Shown here: one piece after another, positions 1 through 20,122 of the stretch
How positions within the stretch are numbered: the first letter of the stretch is position 1
Layout of the letters: every line of letters begins with the position of its first letter
Assembly: GCF_030684315.1 (NCBI RefSeq)
Contig: NC_081391.1
Coordinates: 20,916,629-20,980,628 of the forward strand
Direction of reading: 5' to 3'
Length of the DNA stretch: 64,000 nt
Source of the DNA: Stegostoma tigrinum
Lineage: Eukaryota
Made by a program: the position numbers and the translations under genes
Notes under the pieces: generated by a model
What the model was told of the DNA's origin: nothing
Database searches by the model: none
The model's input: only the letters and a program-made list of their open reading frames with translations

Positions 1-702
<702 letters not shown>

Positions 703-2789
703 GAGGGGTCAATAATGTGTATGTTGTACATAGTGACATAATGCTAGTAACTTGGTTGTGCTCTGAGCAAATCAAAATAGTGTTCACCATGGAACTGAGT
801 ACTTTGTATAATTTCACAGCTGTTTCTGGCTCTTGGTATTTCTATTTGACTTCTGATCATGAAATCTTCTTCTGTTATTTCTGATTAACCTTTAATTCAA
901 TGCCTGCCCCAGTAGTTTGCTCCTCTCTTCTCTGTAGCAATTCAGTAGGCAACTGATGTAGTGGAAATCCCACAAGTGTTCTTTTTTTTTTCTGGGGCTA
1001 GTAAACAGTTTTGGACTGACAAACACTTTTTCAGGGCCAAGGGCCAGCTTCTAGTCATACCTTGACTGAGACCAGAACCCTGCCTAAACATTTGGAACTG
1101 AACTGGAGCCCTGCCCTGTGCCATGTTCAGTCTCACTGGAATAAGCAGCTGCAGGAAATCTCAGGTTTGGCTGCACCTGTGGAAAGAACTGTTCAGTCCC
1201 AGGACCAGAGACACATCATTTCCTGCCAGATGTTGCCACACCTGTGAGTTTTTCTACCAATTTGTTCTACCACCTCAAATCTAATGATTTGAGCATACAT
1301 TCACGTTTCAAAACAGGAATATAAAGTGAAAAAATTTAGCATTGAAGATGCACTGATCTTTTTATCCTCTTTAGATAAGCAATTGCTACAAATGGTTTCT
1401 CTCCCATTTCCTTTGCTCCTTTATCACTGGTGGAAGGAATGAGTCTAATGGCTGCCTGTAAGAGAATGGGAAAACTTGTTTTCGCTTGTCTCAGGCTCTC
1501 GCTCATGTGCTCTCCAGAGAGAATGACCTGTTAGTCAAGGCAGCAGTGCCCACCTTCGAGCTCATGTGGCACAACTTCGATCAGTGCTCTGCAACATAAA
1601 GATGACAAATGCCAAGTACACCAGGTGAAAATAAAGCTAGAACCCAAATACCACTAGGAGAAATCAGCAGTTCCAATATTTAGCTCTATTTTCAATGAAA
1701 TCAGCTCTCCTGCTCTCAAGTGCCCTGCATGTGACAACACATGCACTGCTCTGTGCCTGCCTAGTTCCTGATGCTCGGGTGGATGTCTGAGCTGACAGCA
1801 TTTATTATCAATTTCAAACTGCCCCAAGGCCAGGTCAGAGGTGCACACATCGCTAAGGTTACAGGGTCATATGCAGGCCAGGCTTGGTAAGGATGGGTTT
1901 TTGACACTGAATTGAATGCTCCTCATTACCTTCTTAATTCCAGAGCGGTGTCAGATAGAATCAGGAGATCAGGCCAACACTCCAGAAACTTGATGGCCTC
2001 CAGCTCCAAGCAATGACTGTCAAGCTCATTATTAGGTTCTTATTGCCAGAAGAGAGTTGTTCAGACAGAATCAGGTCAACGGGTATCGGTCCAACACTCC
2101 AGGAGCTTAAGAGCCTCCAGCTCAGAGCAGCCGCGAGATTCATTCTTTCCACCACTGACACACAGGGACTACAATATGTGCCGTCTAACAAATGCTGTAG
2201 AAATCCACCAAATCTTCTTAGACAACACCTTCCAAAGCCCCCATTCATCCAGAGTTGGTGGATCAAAATGCTGGAATTCCCTCACCAGGCGCATTGGGGA
2301 TCTGCCTCCACTAAATCAACAACAGTTCAAGAAGGCAAGCCGCCACATTCGCTAATCTAATGTTAGGCCTGATCTCAGACCAGTTCAAATATTTCAGCGT
2401 GGAGGTTCTTTTGTTCTAGTTCAAACATATCTGGAGTGAACAGTTCTAGCAGGTTGGACCCAAAGATGGTTATGCACAGAATTTCTGGAATGCCCCCGGA
2501 CAGAAAGTTAATGGGTTATTATGATAATACTTTGCCCAAGCCCTTCTGTGTAGAAATGTAAAGGATGTCTGTGCTTCAAGTTTCAAAGTGGATTAATGCA
2601 TTTGACAGGGTAGAGAGAGAGATCCTGCTTCTTTTCAATCCTCATCTAGGACTAAGAGTGGGAAATATGATTACATTCCTCGCATTAGAAGTAAATCATC
2701 TATGATAAAGCCAAAAACAGCTTCGTTTTGGAGAGGATAATATGTGAATCAGCAGATACATTTTTATTTGGTAAGATTTGATGTTGCCA

Positions 2790-3565
2790 ATTGCTTTCCA
2801 ATTTGAACATGAAAGATGAATGCATTTTGCTTGAACAAACCTAGAAAGACAAAACAAGCTCGATGTTACAATTCTGAGGCGAGTACAAGAGCAGAGGGAC
2901 TTTGGGTTTCAAGTATGTCATTACTGGAAAGTGGCTGAGCGGGACAAAGCTACTATGAGAAGGCTTTTGTGAAATGTGTGTTTTCAAATGGACGCAGAGA
3001 GTATAAAAGCGAAGAATAGATGTTACACCTGTACAAATCATGGGTTAGACCACATGTGCAGTGTTGTGTTTAGTTCTGGGCATGGTATTTAAGGAAGGAC
3101 TTTAAAGCCCTGGACAGAGTTCAAAGCCCACTTACAAGAATGACACCAGGAATGAGGGATTTTAGATACAAGGAAAGATGAAAGAAATTGGGGTAAATCT
3201 CCTTGGAGCATAAATGTTTAAGAGGTGACTCTGTTGAAGGGATCAAAATAATGAACAATTCTGTCAGGGTAAAGGAGAATATTCTGTTTTCACCAGTTGA
3301 TTATGGCAGTGATGAGGGGTCACAATTTGTCAGTAATGGAGCTCTGAGATGAGGACAAACCTCTCTATTCAGAAGGTTGTTAGGATTTGGAATGTGATGC
3401 CTGGGAGAGTGGCGGAGGTAGATCCCATAGGTGGCTTCAAAACAAGAGCTGGATATATACTTGGGAGTGACGAATATAGAGGGTATAGGGCTGGAGAGGG
3501 GGACGAGGTGGGTAGCTCTTTCGGAAGCCGATACGAACATGATGGGCTGAATGGCCTCTGTTGTT
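2790..3565 (+). mobile_element. Old decayed CR1 LINE 3' end (ancestral part of the spacer)
   Basis: Degenerate CR1 ORF2 C-terminus (gagtataaaagc..gttagaccaca..gttctggg..agagttcaa..agaatgacaccaggaatgaggg) ending in gggctgaatggcctc. Boundaries approximate. Confidence 0.7.
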
Positions 3566-3922
3566 AAAAATCCTCTGAATGTCCACCCAGGAACTTATGT
3601 AAATTTTGGGTTTGTGTTCCTCTCAGTCTTAAATATCCAACCCAGTCCTCTTACATCAGGATACCCTGATCCTGGACTCCCCCATCATTGGGAACATCCT
3701 TCCTGTCCTTGCCCCGTCTGATCCTGTCACAGTTTCAATTGACCCAGAGCCAATTTTTAACTTTTCTGTCTCATATCCCAGCACAACAGGCAGAGAAACT
3801 GACACCTCTTCTTCATTTAGTCCCTTGTGTAGTTGGTTACAACAACCTTAATTTAGAAACAAAATGTTCAAGCTTTTTTCAAGCCATATGCAGTTTTTTA
3901 TTTTAAAAAAAGTCAAGTAATT

Positions 3923-4012
3923 TATGAAGAAGGGTCCAGACCCGAAACATCAGCTTTCCTGTTTCTCTGATGCTGCTTGGCCTGCTGTGTTCATCCAGCT
4001 CGACACCTCATT
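3923..4012 (+). mobile_element. Decayed Penelope-type pLTR remnant (paralogue at ~51560-51650)
   Basis: atgaagaagggtccagacccgaaacatcagctttcctg..gatgctgcttggcctgctgtgttcatccagc aligns by eye with 56817-56893. Confidence 0.7.
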
Positions 4013-4659
4013 ATACAGATGCCCTATTGACCTGATTGAGTGCTGCAGCAGGTTTGAGATGCTGAATGGAACACCATGCATCTCCAAGTTCTACACCAAG
4101 CCACCAATCATCTGGCGTTGGGAACATAGCTCCACGTTCCCTCCCTAACAGGAGTATGGATTTGCCTACACCAAATGGGCAACAGTAATGCAAGAAGGCA
4201 AGTCACCACATTCTCTAACTAATGTTAGCCCTGATCTCTGAGGGGTTCAAATATCTCTGGATGGACAGATTTTTTTGAAATTGTCAAGTTCCTGTTCAAC
4301 CACAGCCGGAGTGCACAGTTCTGGCAGGTTCGACCCAAAGATGGTTATGCACAGAATTTCTGGAAGTGACCTGGACAGAGAGATGGTCAATTTATGATAA
4401 TGGCTTGTCCAGTCCCTCTGTGCAGAAGGTTAAGGGATGGCTGTAACTGATATTTTTCACAGGATTAATGGATTTGACAGGGTAGAGAGGAAAGAACCCA
4501 TTTCTTCTCAATGATCATCTCGGACTGTGCGTAGAATGGGATTACAATCTTCACATTAGAACTGCATCATCCAGGATAATGTCAAAAACAATTTCTTTGT
4601 GGAAAGGACAATATCTGCACGCACAGATATTTACTGCACAAGGTTTGATGTTGCCAATC

Positions 4660-5410
4660 ACTTTCCAATTTCAACAAAAAAGAGTGATGCATTTTCGTCG
4701 AAGAAACACAGAAAGACAAAACAGGCTCGATGTTACAAATCTGATGTGAGTACAGGAGCTCAGACTTTCGGTTTCAAGTATGTGATTATCTGAAAGTGGT
4801 CAGGCAGGATGAAGCTGTTATTAATGGAGATTGAGCCACTTATGTGAACCTTGTGTTTTCAAATTGAGGCATCGAGTATAAAAGCAACGAATTGATGTGA
4901 CACCTCTACAAATCATTGGTTAGACCACATTTCCATTATGTACTCAGTTCTGGGCGTGGCATTCAAGGCAGGACATGAAAAACTTCAAGAGTTCAAAGGA
5001 GATTTATTAGAATGACCCCAGGAATGAGGAATTTTAGATAAATGGAAAGATTAAGGAAAATGGGGTAAATCTCCTTGCAGGCGACCTTGTTGACGTGATC
5101 AAAACTATGAACAATTTTGATAGAGTAAACACGATATTCTGATTTCAGCAGTTGACTTGTCAGTGACAAGGGGTCACAGTTTGTCAGTGGGGGAGATCAG
5201 AGTGAAATGGGAAGAAACCTCTTTGCTCAGAAAGTTGTTCGGATTTGGAATGTGCTGCCTGGGAGAGTGACGGAGGTCGATTCCATGGGTGGTTTCAAAA
5301 CAAGAGTTGGATATGTCCTTGGAAGTGACGGATTTAGAGAGTGACAGAGATAGGGCTGGAAAGTGGGACTAATCAGGTAGCTCTTTCAGAAGCTAATACA
5401 GGAACGGTGG
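4660..5410 (+). mobile_element. Old decayed CR1 LINE 3' end (spacer copy)
   Basis: Paralogue of 2790-3565. Boundaries approximate. Confidence 0.65.
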
Positions 5411-6076
5411 GCTGAACGGCCTCCTGTTGTGAAGAACGCTCTGAATTTCCACCCAGGAAATTCTGAGAGTTTGGGGATGGGGTTTGAATTCCACCTGTAG
5501 AAGGCACCTTGAATGTGGGAAAGCTGTACCACATCAGCAGAGACATGGTCCTTTACACAAGGTAGACCCAGTTCCACTGGCAAAGAAATGTTGACTGGGG
5601 ATCCCCCCACTGCTGGCCAACACCCACTGTCACAGCCAACGATCGCACACACCTATCTTCCACCTGGATGGCCGCTGGGGACTGGTTTTGCATTGCACTT
5701 TATCAGGACCCTCCCCTCGATCGTACCGTCCTGGGTGGCCCTGCCAGGAGGTGAAATCCTCTTCAGGTATCACTCTGAGAACCAACAGAACACTCGAGGC
5801 TCTCCATCACTGCGAGGTGACAATCCACAGGCAGGAGCTGGAGGCAGGGAGATTCTGCTCAGGTACAGACCCACCACAGAATCGGAGAATTGTTATGGCA
5901 CAGCAGGAGGCCATTCGGTCCTTTTAGCCTGTACCTGTTCTGGTTGTTTTCTAAATCTGCCTGTAGAGATGATTTAAGAGCTCTGGATCTGGTAGGAACT
6001 TGTACCAAGGCCTCCTGGTCCACAGCTAGGGACATTACCCCAAACCACAAGACCCTGGCTGCGCTGGTTGCACAAA

Positions 6077-6400
6077 CATAGAATCATAGAAAATAAATGT
6101 TGAGTCGGCCATTCATCCCTTCCAGCCGGCTCTGCCATTCCATGTGATTGTGGCTGATTCCAGAACTCAGCACCATATTCTCACCCTCTCTGCAATCCCC
6201 TTTGATCCAGCCCTCAAAGCTCTCCCCAATTCCTGTTTTGGCTTCAATCCTTTTCTGTGGCAGAGAATTCCACAGGTTCCACCACCCCGCCCCCCGAGGT
6301 GAAGAGATTTCTCCTCCCCTCAGTCCTAAATGTATTCTTAGATTGCAAACCCTGGTCCTGGCCTCCCCCATAATCAGGAACATCCTTCCTGTCTTTTCCA
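6077..6400 (-). mobile_element. Antisense CR1 3'-tail fragment upstream of the promoter (also ~16870, ~23685, ~45080, ~59430)
   Basis: catagaatcatagaa..cggccattc..ggcagagaattccacagg..gtgaagagatttctcctc; the minus frame reads LWNSLPQK, typical of CR1 3' ends. Confidence 0.6.
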
Positions 6401-6654
6401 CAGCTGACACTGTTATAATTTTCTATGACCCAGAGACAATTTCCCAACTTTCTTTCCCAAATCCCAGCACAACAAGCTGAGAAACTGATGCCCCTCTTCC
6501 TCATTGAATCCCTCATGCAGTTGCTCACAACCACCTTAATTAAAAAAAATGAGAACTTTTCTCAAACCAAATCACCTTCTTTTAAAAAAGAACCAAATGA
6601 CCTATGACCTGAGTGAGTGGTGCAGAAGGTTTGAGATGCCGAATGGCCTCCTGC

Positions 6655-6850
6655 TGTTCCAATCACAGAATAACCATCCAGACCTGGCTCTCATCTCCAC
6701 TTCTGATCAGCTCTGCTTAACACACCCTCCCCCTCTCTCTCATTGGTGCCTGTATGCATGGGTCATTCCTGATTGGCCAGCAGCAACTGTCAGTCATCAT
6801 CAGTTCTGCCTCTCTGTGTGACTGCAGGATGGTCCCAGGACTATAAATAC
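6655..6850 (+). promoter_or_regulatory. Proximal promoter of copy 2: CCAAT, CACCC, two inverted CCAAT boxes and TATA
   Basis: CCAAT 6659, CACACCC 6721, ATTGG 6742 and 6772, TATAAAT 6842 (77 nt before the ATG). The block is near-identical in copies 3, 4, 5, 9 and 10, and in copy 8 apart from the TATA box. Confidence 0.7.
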
Positions 6851-6918
6851 AAGAGCCTGTGGGAGAGAGAGACTTAGTTCTAGAGTTTTCTTGGTGCTTG
6901 TGAGCAGGAATAGTGAAG

Positions 6919-9059
<2,141 letters not shown>

Positions 9060-10119
9060 GTGGGGTCAATAATATCTGTTGTACATGGTGACCTCATTCT
9101 CGTGAATGGCTTTGGTTGTGCTCTGAGCAAATAAAAGTAGTGTTCACCATGGAACTGAGTACTGTGTCACTTCATAGCTGCTTCTGGTTGCTGTTTTAAC
9201 ATGTGATCACAAAATGGATTTTGTTCTTTGACAACCTTTTTGATTCACTGCCTGCCCCAGTAATTGGCTCGGTGTTTGCTTCTGCTGAGCGTCTGTCTGT
9301 AGGGATTGAGTGGGCAATCTTGTCCTTGGAAATGCCACAACTGGCAAACATCTGCATTGCAGACAATGCCACAACAAAATCTGTCCTCCGCTTCCCCAGG
9401 ACAATTTTTCAGGACCAGCTTCTGGTCAAAACCATGACTGAAATCTGTCCTGTGCCTTAACAATTGGCATTGCCAAGGCCTGTCCATTCATTCAATCTTC
9501 AGCATTTTTGGAAAAACCAAGCTGACACTGGAAACCTGGAACAAAAGCTGCTGGGAAATCTCAGGTTTGGTAGTGAGAAGTGTTGAACAGAACTGGGACA
9601 TGAGACACGTGTTTATCTCTTGACTGATTTTGTTGGCAGGCCATGAGGTGTTTTCCACCTACTTGTTCTCTTGCTTAAATCCTACTGACTTTAATAGGTC
9701 ACAAAATTCCTCATTAGAAGAATATAAAGTTGACCAATCTTGCAAGGTACACCTGCTTTTCTGCACTTGCTTACTATTTACATGTTTCCTGAGCTAGAGA
9801 AGTGGTTTCTCTAGTATGTCCTTTCCATTCAGTAGAGTGAAAGCTTTAGGCTTGGTGTCATATACTGGCCAGACCAGGTAAGGATGGCAGTTTGGCAGTT
9901 CCCTCCCCTGAATGACTTCAGTGAAAAGGATATTTTATTCAGACTAGGAATTGCATGCTCATTTTTAGGTTCTTAATGCCCGAAGAGAGTTTTTCACACA
10001 GAATCAGGACAATGGGCATCAGTCCCACACACCAGAAGCTTAACAGTTGCCAGCTCAGAGCAGCCACGAGATTCACTCCTCCCATCACTGACACACAGGG
10101 ACTGCCGAATGGCCTCCTG

Positions 10120-10318
10120 CTGTTCCAATCACAGAATAACCATCCAGACCTGGCTCTCATCTCCACCTGTGATCAGCTCTGCTTAACACACCCTCCCCCT
10201 CTCTCTCATTGGTGCCTGCATCCATGGGTCATTCCTGATTGGCCAGCAGCATCTGTCAGTCATCATCAGTTCTGCCTCTCCATGGGTGAGTGCAGGATGG
10301 TCCCAGGAGTATAAATGC
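10120..10318 (+). promoter_or_regulatory. Proximal promoter of copy 3
   Basis: Same CCAAT/CACCC/ATTGG/ATTGG block; TATAAAT at 10310. Confidence 0.7.
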
Positions 10319-10383
10319 AGAGCTTGTGGAAGAGCAACTCACTTCTTGAGTGGTTTTGGTTTTAGTGAGTAGTAATTGTAAAG

Positions 10384-13286
<2,903 letters not shown>

Positions 13287-14419
13287 ATGGGGTCAATATC
13301 TATATCTGTTGTACATGGTGACTTAATTCTTCTAAATGACTAGTTGTGCTCTGAGCAAATTAAAATCATGTTCACCATGGAACTGAGTACAGTGTTGTAT
13401 TTTCATAGCTTCTGGTTCTTGGAGCTTTGTGTTTTAACGTCTGATCATCAATCCTTTGTTCTTTGTGACAACCTTGGATTCAATGCCTGCCCCAGTAACT
13501 TGATCAGTGTTTGATTTCTGCTGTGTCTGGGGATTAAGTGGGTAGTCCTTTGATTGGAAATTCCATAACTGGTAAGGTTGTTGACAGATAAATCAGCATT
13601 ACTGACAAGTACTCACAGGGACAAGTTTGCAGGACCAGCTTCTAATCAATACACACACTGAAATCATTCCTTTGCCTAAAGGTTAGGCACTGATCTAATG
13701 CACTGCCCTTGGCCATGTGTTTGGGTCTCTTTTTAAATAAGCAGTTTCTAGAAACCAGGATCAAAACCTGCTGGGAAATCTCAGGTTTGGCAGCATTGGG
13801 AGGGAGAAGGGTTGAACAGAACCTGGACATGAGACACGTGATCATCTCTTGATTTTGATTTTGTTTTTGTGTTGACTGACAGTGAGGTGTTTTCCAGCAA
13901 CTTGTTGTAAGGCCTAGATGTTACTGACTTTAGTAGATTGTACAATTCCTCCTTTTAAAGAGTAATATACACTGCTTTGCTGCAGGTTTTACCCTTTTGA
14001 TAAGCAATTGCTTATGTCACTGTTCCACGAGCTGTTGAATTAGTTTCTTCGGTATTTCCTTCTTAGATGTAGGAGAAAGAAAAATCTACCTTGTCTTAGA
14101 ATGCTAATGACTAGGAACTGCCTTGGGAATGAAGCAGTGCCCACCTTGTTCCCTGTGTGATAATTTCTATTACTACCTTGCAAAGAGGTGACAAATACTG
14201 CAGATGCCTGGTGGAAAATCAAGCTAAAATGCAAATACCATGTACAGAAATCAGCAGTTCCAATTTTTACCTTTGTGTTCAATTTTCAAGCAGATCAGCT
14301 CTCCTGCTGTCGACTGGCTGACCTGTGACTCCACACAGAGCACTGTGGGGGCCTAATCACTATCAATCAGCCCTGAATTACAATGTCACTGGTTTGTGTA
14401 AGTGCTTTAACAGGATCAG

Positions 14420-14985
14420 GATATCACTGACAGGCAGCATTTATTATCCATCTCTGATTCCCCACCCAGCCCATGAGTAATTCAAATTAAAACCCTTTCT
14501 GCTGTGGGGTTACACATAGGCCAGATCAGGTAAGGATGGCAGTTTATTACAAACAAGGACATTAGTGAACCAGAAGAGGCTTGTTTGGACCCTGTCTTCT
14601 GGAATGAGAATGATGTCCGTGAAATTCAGTGATGTCAGACAGACTCAGGATAACAGGTAGCAGTCTAACACTCCAGAAGGTTGACAGCCTCCATCAAACG
14701 AGTAGCCACTCTCGTCAATCCTTCCACCACTAACATACGCAGAGACTGCAATATATACCATCTACCAAAGCTCCTTGGACAACTTCTTAAAACCATAACT
14801 ACTTTCCATCGGACAAGGGCTGCAGATATGTAGGAACACCACGCATCTCCACGTTCTACACCAAGCCACCGATCACCCGGCGTTGGAATCGTAACCCCAC
14901 GTTCCCTCCCTAACAGCAGTATGGATTTGCCTACACCAAATGGGCTACAGTAATGCAAGAAGGCAAATCACCACATTCTCGAAAC
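14420..14985. mobile_element. Decayed shark-type non-LTR retroelement 3'-end fragments in opposite orientations (repeated after nearly every gene)
   Basis: ggccagatcaggtaaggatggcagttt..ggacattagtgaaccag followed by ..accatcta..ggacaagggc..ggaacacc..caagaaggca..caccacattctc. Paralogues at ~1780-2350, 21230-21815, 27840-28410, 34690-35265, 41385-42000, 49410-49990, 56950-57540 and 63650-64000. Family not assigned. Confidence 0.45.
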
Positions 14986-15429
14986 TAATGTTGGCCCTGA
15001 TCTCTGAGGGGTTCAAATACCTCTGGATGGAGAGGTTTTGGTGAAATTGTCAAGTTCCTGTTCAACCATAGCCGGAATGCACAGTTCTGGCAGGTACGAC
15101 CCCAACAATGGTGATGCACAGAATTTCTGGAAGTAACCTGGACAGAGAGATGGTTAATTCATCATAATGGCTTGTCCAGTCCCTCTGTGTAGAAGGTTAA
15201 GGGATGGCTGTAATTGATATTTTTCGGAGGATTAATGGATTTGACAGGGTAGAGAGGAAAGAACCCATTTCTTCTCAATGATCATCTCGGACTGTGCGTA
15301 GAATGGGATGACAATCTTCACATTAGAACTACATCATCCAGGACCATGTCAAAAACAGTTACTTTGTGGAAAGGACAATATCTGCACGCACAGATATTTA
15401 CTGCACAAGGTTTGATGTTGCCAATCACT

Positions 15430-16220
15430 TTCCAATTTCAAGACATAAAAAAAGTGAGTAATGCATTTTCGTAGAAGAAACACAGAAAGACAAAACAGGC
15501 TTGATGTTACAAATCTGATGTGAGTACAGGAGCTCAGAGACTTTCGGTTTCAAGTGTGTGATTATATGAAAGTGATCAGGCAGGATGAAACTGTTATTAA
15601 TGGAGATTTAGCCACTTATGTGAACCTTGTGTTTTCAAATTGAGGCATCGAGTATAAAAGCAACGAATTGATGTTACACCTCTACAAATCATTGGTTAGA
15701 CCACATTTCCATTGTGTACTCAGTTCTGGGCGTGGCATTCAAGGCAGGACATGAAAAACCTCAAAAGAGTTCAAAGGAGATTTATTAGAATGACCCCAGG
15801 AGTGAGGAATTTTAGATACATGGAAAGATGAAGGAAAATGGGGTAAATCTCCTTGCAGGTGACCTTATTGAGAGGTGACCTTGTTGACGTGATCAAAACT
15901 ATGAACAATTTTGATAGAGTAAACACGATATTCTGATTTCAGCAGTTGACTTGTCAGTGACGAGAAGTCACAGTTTGTCAGTAGGGGAGATCAGAGTGAA
16001 ATGGGAAGAAACCTCTTTGCTCAAAGTTGTTCGGATTTGGAATGCGCTGCCTGGGAGAGTGACGGAGGTGGATTCCATGGGAGGTTTCAAAACAAGAGTT
16101 GGATATGTCCTTGGAAGTGACGAATTTAGAGAGGGGCAGAGATAGGGCTGGAAAGTGGGACTAATCAGGTAGCTCTTTCAGAAGCTAATACAGGAACGGT
16201 GGGCTGAACGGCCTCCTGTT
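15430..16220 (+). mobile_element. Old decayed CR1 LINE 3' end (spacer copy)
   Basis: Paralogue of 4660-5410; a residual frame reads KVVRIWNALPGRV. Confidence 0.65.
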
Positions 16221-17449
16221 GTGAAGAACGCTCTGAATTTCCACCCAGGAAATTCTGAGAGTTTGGGGATGGGGTTTGAATTCCACCTGTGCAAGGCACC
16301 TTTAATGTGGGAAAGCTGTTACACATCAGCAGAGACATGGTCCTTTACACAAGGTAGACCCAGTTCCACTGGTAAAGAAATGTTGACTGGGGATCCCCCC
16401 ACTGCTGACCAACACCCACTGTCACAGCCAACGATCGCACACACCTATCTTCCACCTGGATGGCCGCTGGGAACTGGTTTTGCATTGCACCTTATCAGGA
16501 CCCTCCCCTCGATCGTACCGTCCTGGGTGGCCCTGCCAGGAGGTGAAATCCTCTTCACTTATCACTCTCAGAACCAACAGAACACTCGAGGCTCTCCATC
16601 ACTGCGAGGTGACAATCCACAGGCAGGAGCTGGAGGCAGGGAGATTCTGCTCAGGTACAGACCCACCACAGAATCGGAGAATTGTTATGGCACAGCAGGA
16701 GGCCATTCGGTCCTTTGTACCTGTGCCTGTTCTGGTTGTTTTCTAAATCTGCCTGTAGAGATGATTTAAGATCTCTGGATCTGGTAGGAACTTGTACCAA
16801 GGCCTCTTGGTCCAAAGCTAGGGACATTACCCCTAAACCACAAGACCCTGGCTGCGCTGGTTGCACAAACATAGAATCATAGAAAATAAATGTTGAGTCG
16901 GCCATTCATCCCTTCCAGCCTGCTCTGCCATTCCATGTGATTGTGGCTGATTCCAGAACTCAGCACCATATTCTCACCCTCTCTGCAATCCCTTTTGATC
17001 CAGCCCTCAAAGCTCTCCCCAATTTCTGTTTTGGCTTCAATCCTTTCCGGTGGCAGAGAATTCCACAGGTTCCACCACCCCGCCCCCCGAGGTGAAGAGA
17101 TTTCTCCTCACCTCAGTCCTAAATGTATCCTTAGATTGCAAACCCTGGTCCTGGCCTCCCCCCTAATCAGGAACATCCTTCCTGTCTTTTCCACAGCTGA
17201 CACTGTTATAATTTTCTATGACCCAGACACAATTTCCCACCTTTCTTTCCCAAATCCCAGCACAACAAGCTGAGAAACTGATGCCCCTCTTCCTCATTGA
17301 ATCCCTCGTGCAGTTGCTCACAACCACCTTAATTTTTTAAAAATGTGAAACTTTTTTGAAACCAAAAAGACTTCTTTTAGAAAAGAACCAAATGATCTAT
17401 GACCTGATTGAGTGGTGCAGAAGGTTTGAGATGCCGAATGGCCTCCTGC

Positions 17450-17647
17450 TGTTCCAATCACAGAATAACCATCCAGACCTGGCTCTCATCTCCACCTCTG
17501 ATCAGCTCTGCTTAACACACCCTCCCCCTCTCTCTCATTGGTGCCTGTATGCATGGGTGGTTCCTGATTGGCCACCAGCAACTGTCAGTCATCATCAGTT
17601 CTGCCTCTCTCTGTGTGACTGCAGCATGGTCCCAGGACTATAAATAC
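17450..17647 (+). promoter_or_regulatory. Proximal promoter of copy 4
   Basis: Same block; TATAAAT at 17639. Confidence 0.7.
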
Positions 17648-17715
17648 AAGAGCCTGTAGGAGAGAGAGACTTAGTTCTAGAGTTTTCTTGGTGCTTGTGA
17701 GCAGGAATAGTGAAG

Positions 17716-20122
<2,407 letters not shown>

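Noticed and set aside
6780-6800. gcaactgtcagtcat as an antioxidant response element or AP-1 site
   Set aside because: The reverse strand gives TGACagttGC (4-nt spacer rather than TGACnnnGC) and TGACTGA rather than TGACTCA, so it is only a near match.
6549-6821. Recurring ORF MPNGLLLFQSQNNHPDLALIS... before most genes
   Set aside because: It is a chance frame over the conserved promoter, starts and stops vary between copies, and it recurs only through duplication.
10337-10352. Small hairpin actca-cttct-tgagt in the 5' UTR of copies 3 and 9 as an IRE
   Set aside because: The loop is not CAGUGN, there is no C bulge, and it is not conserved as a stem in the other subtypes.
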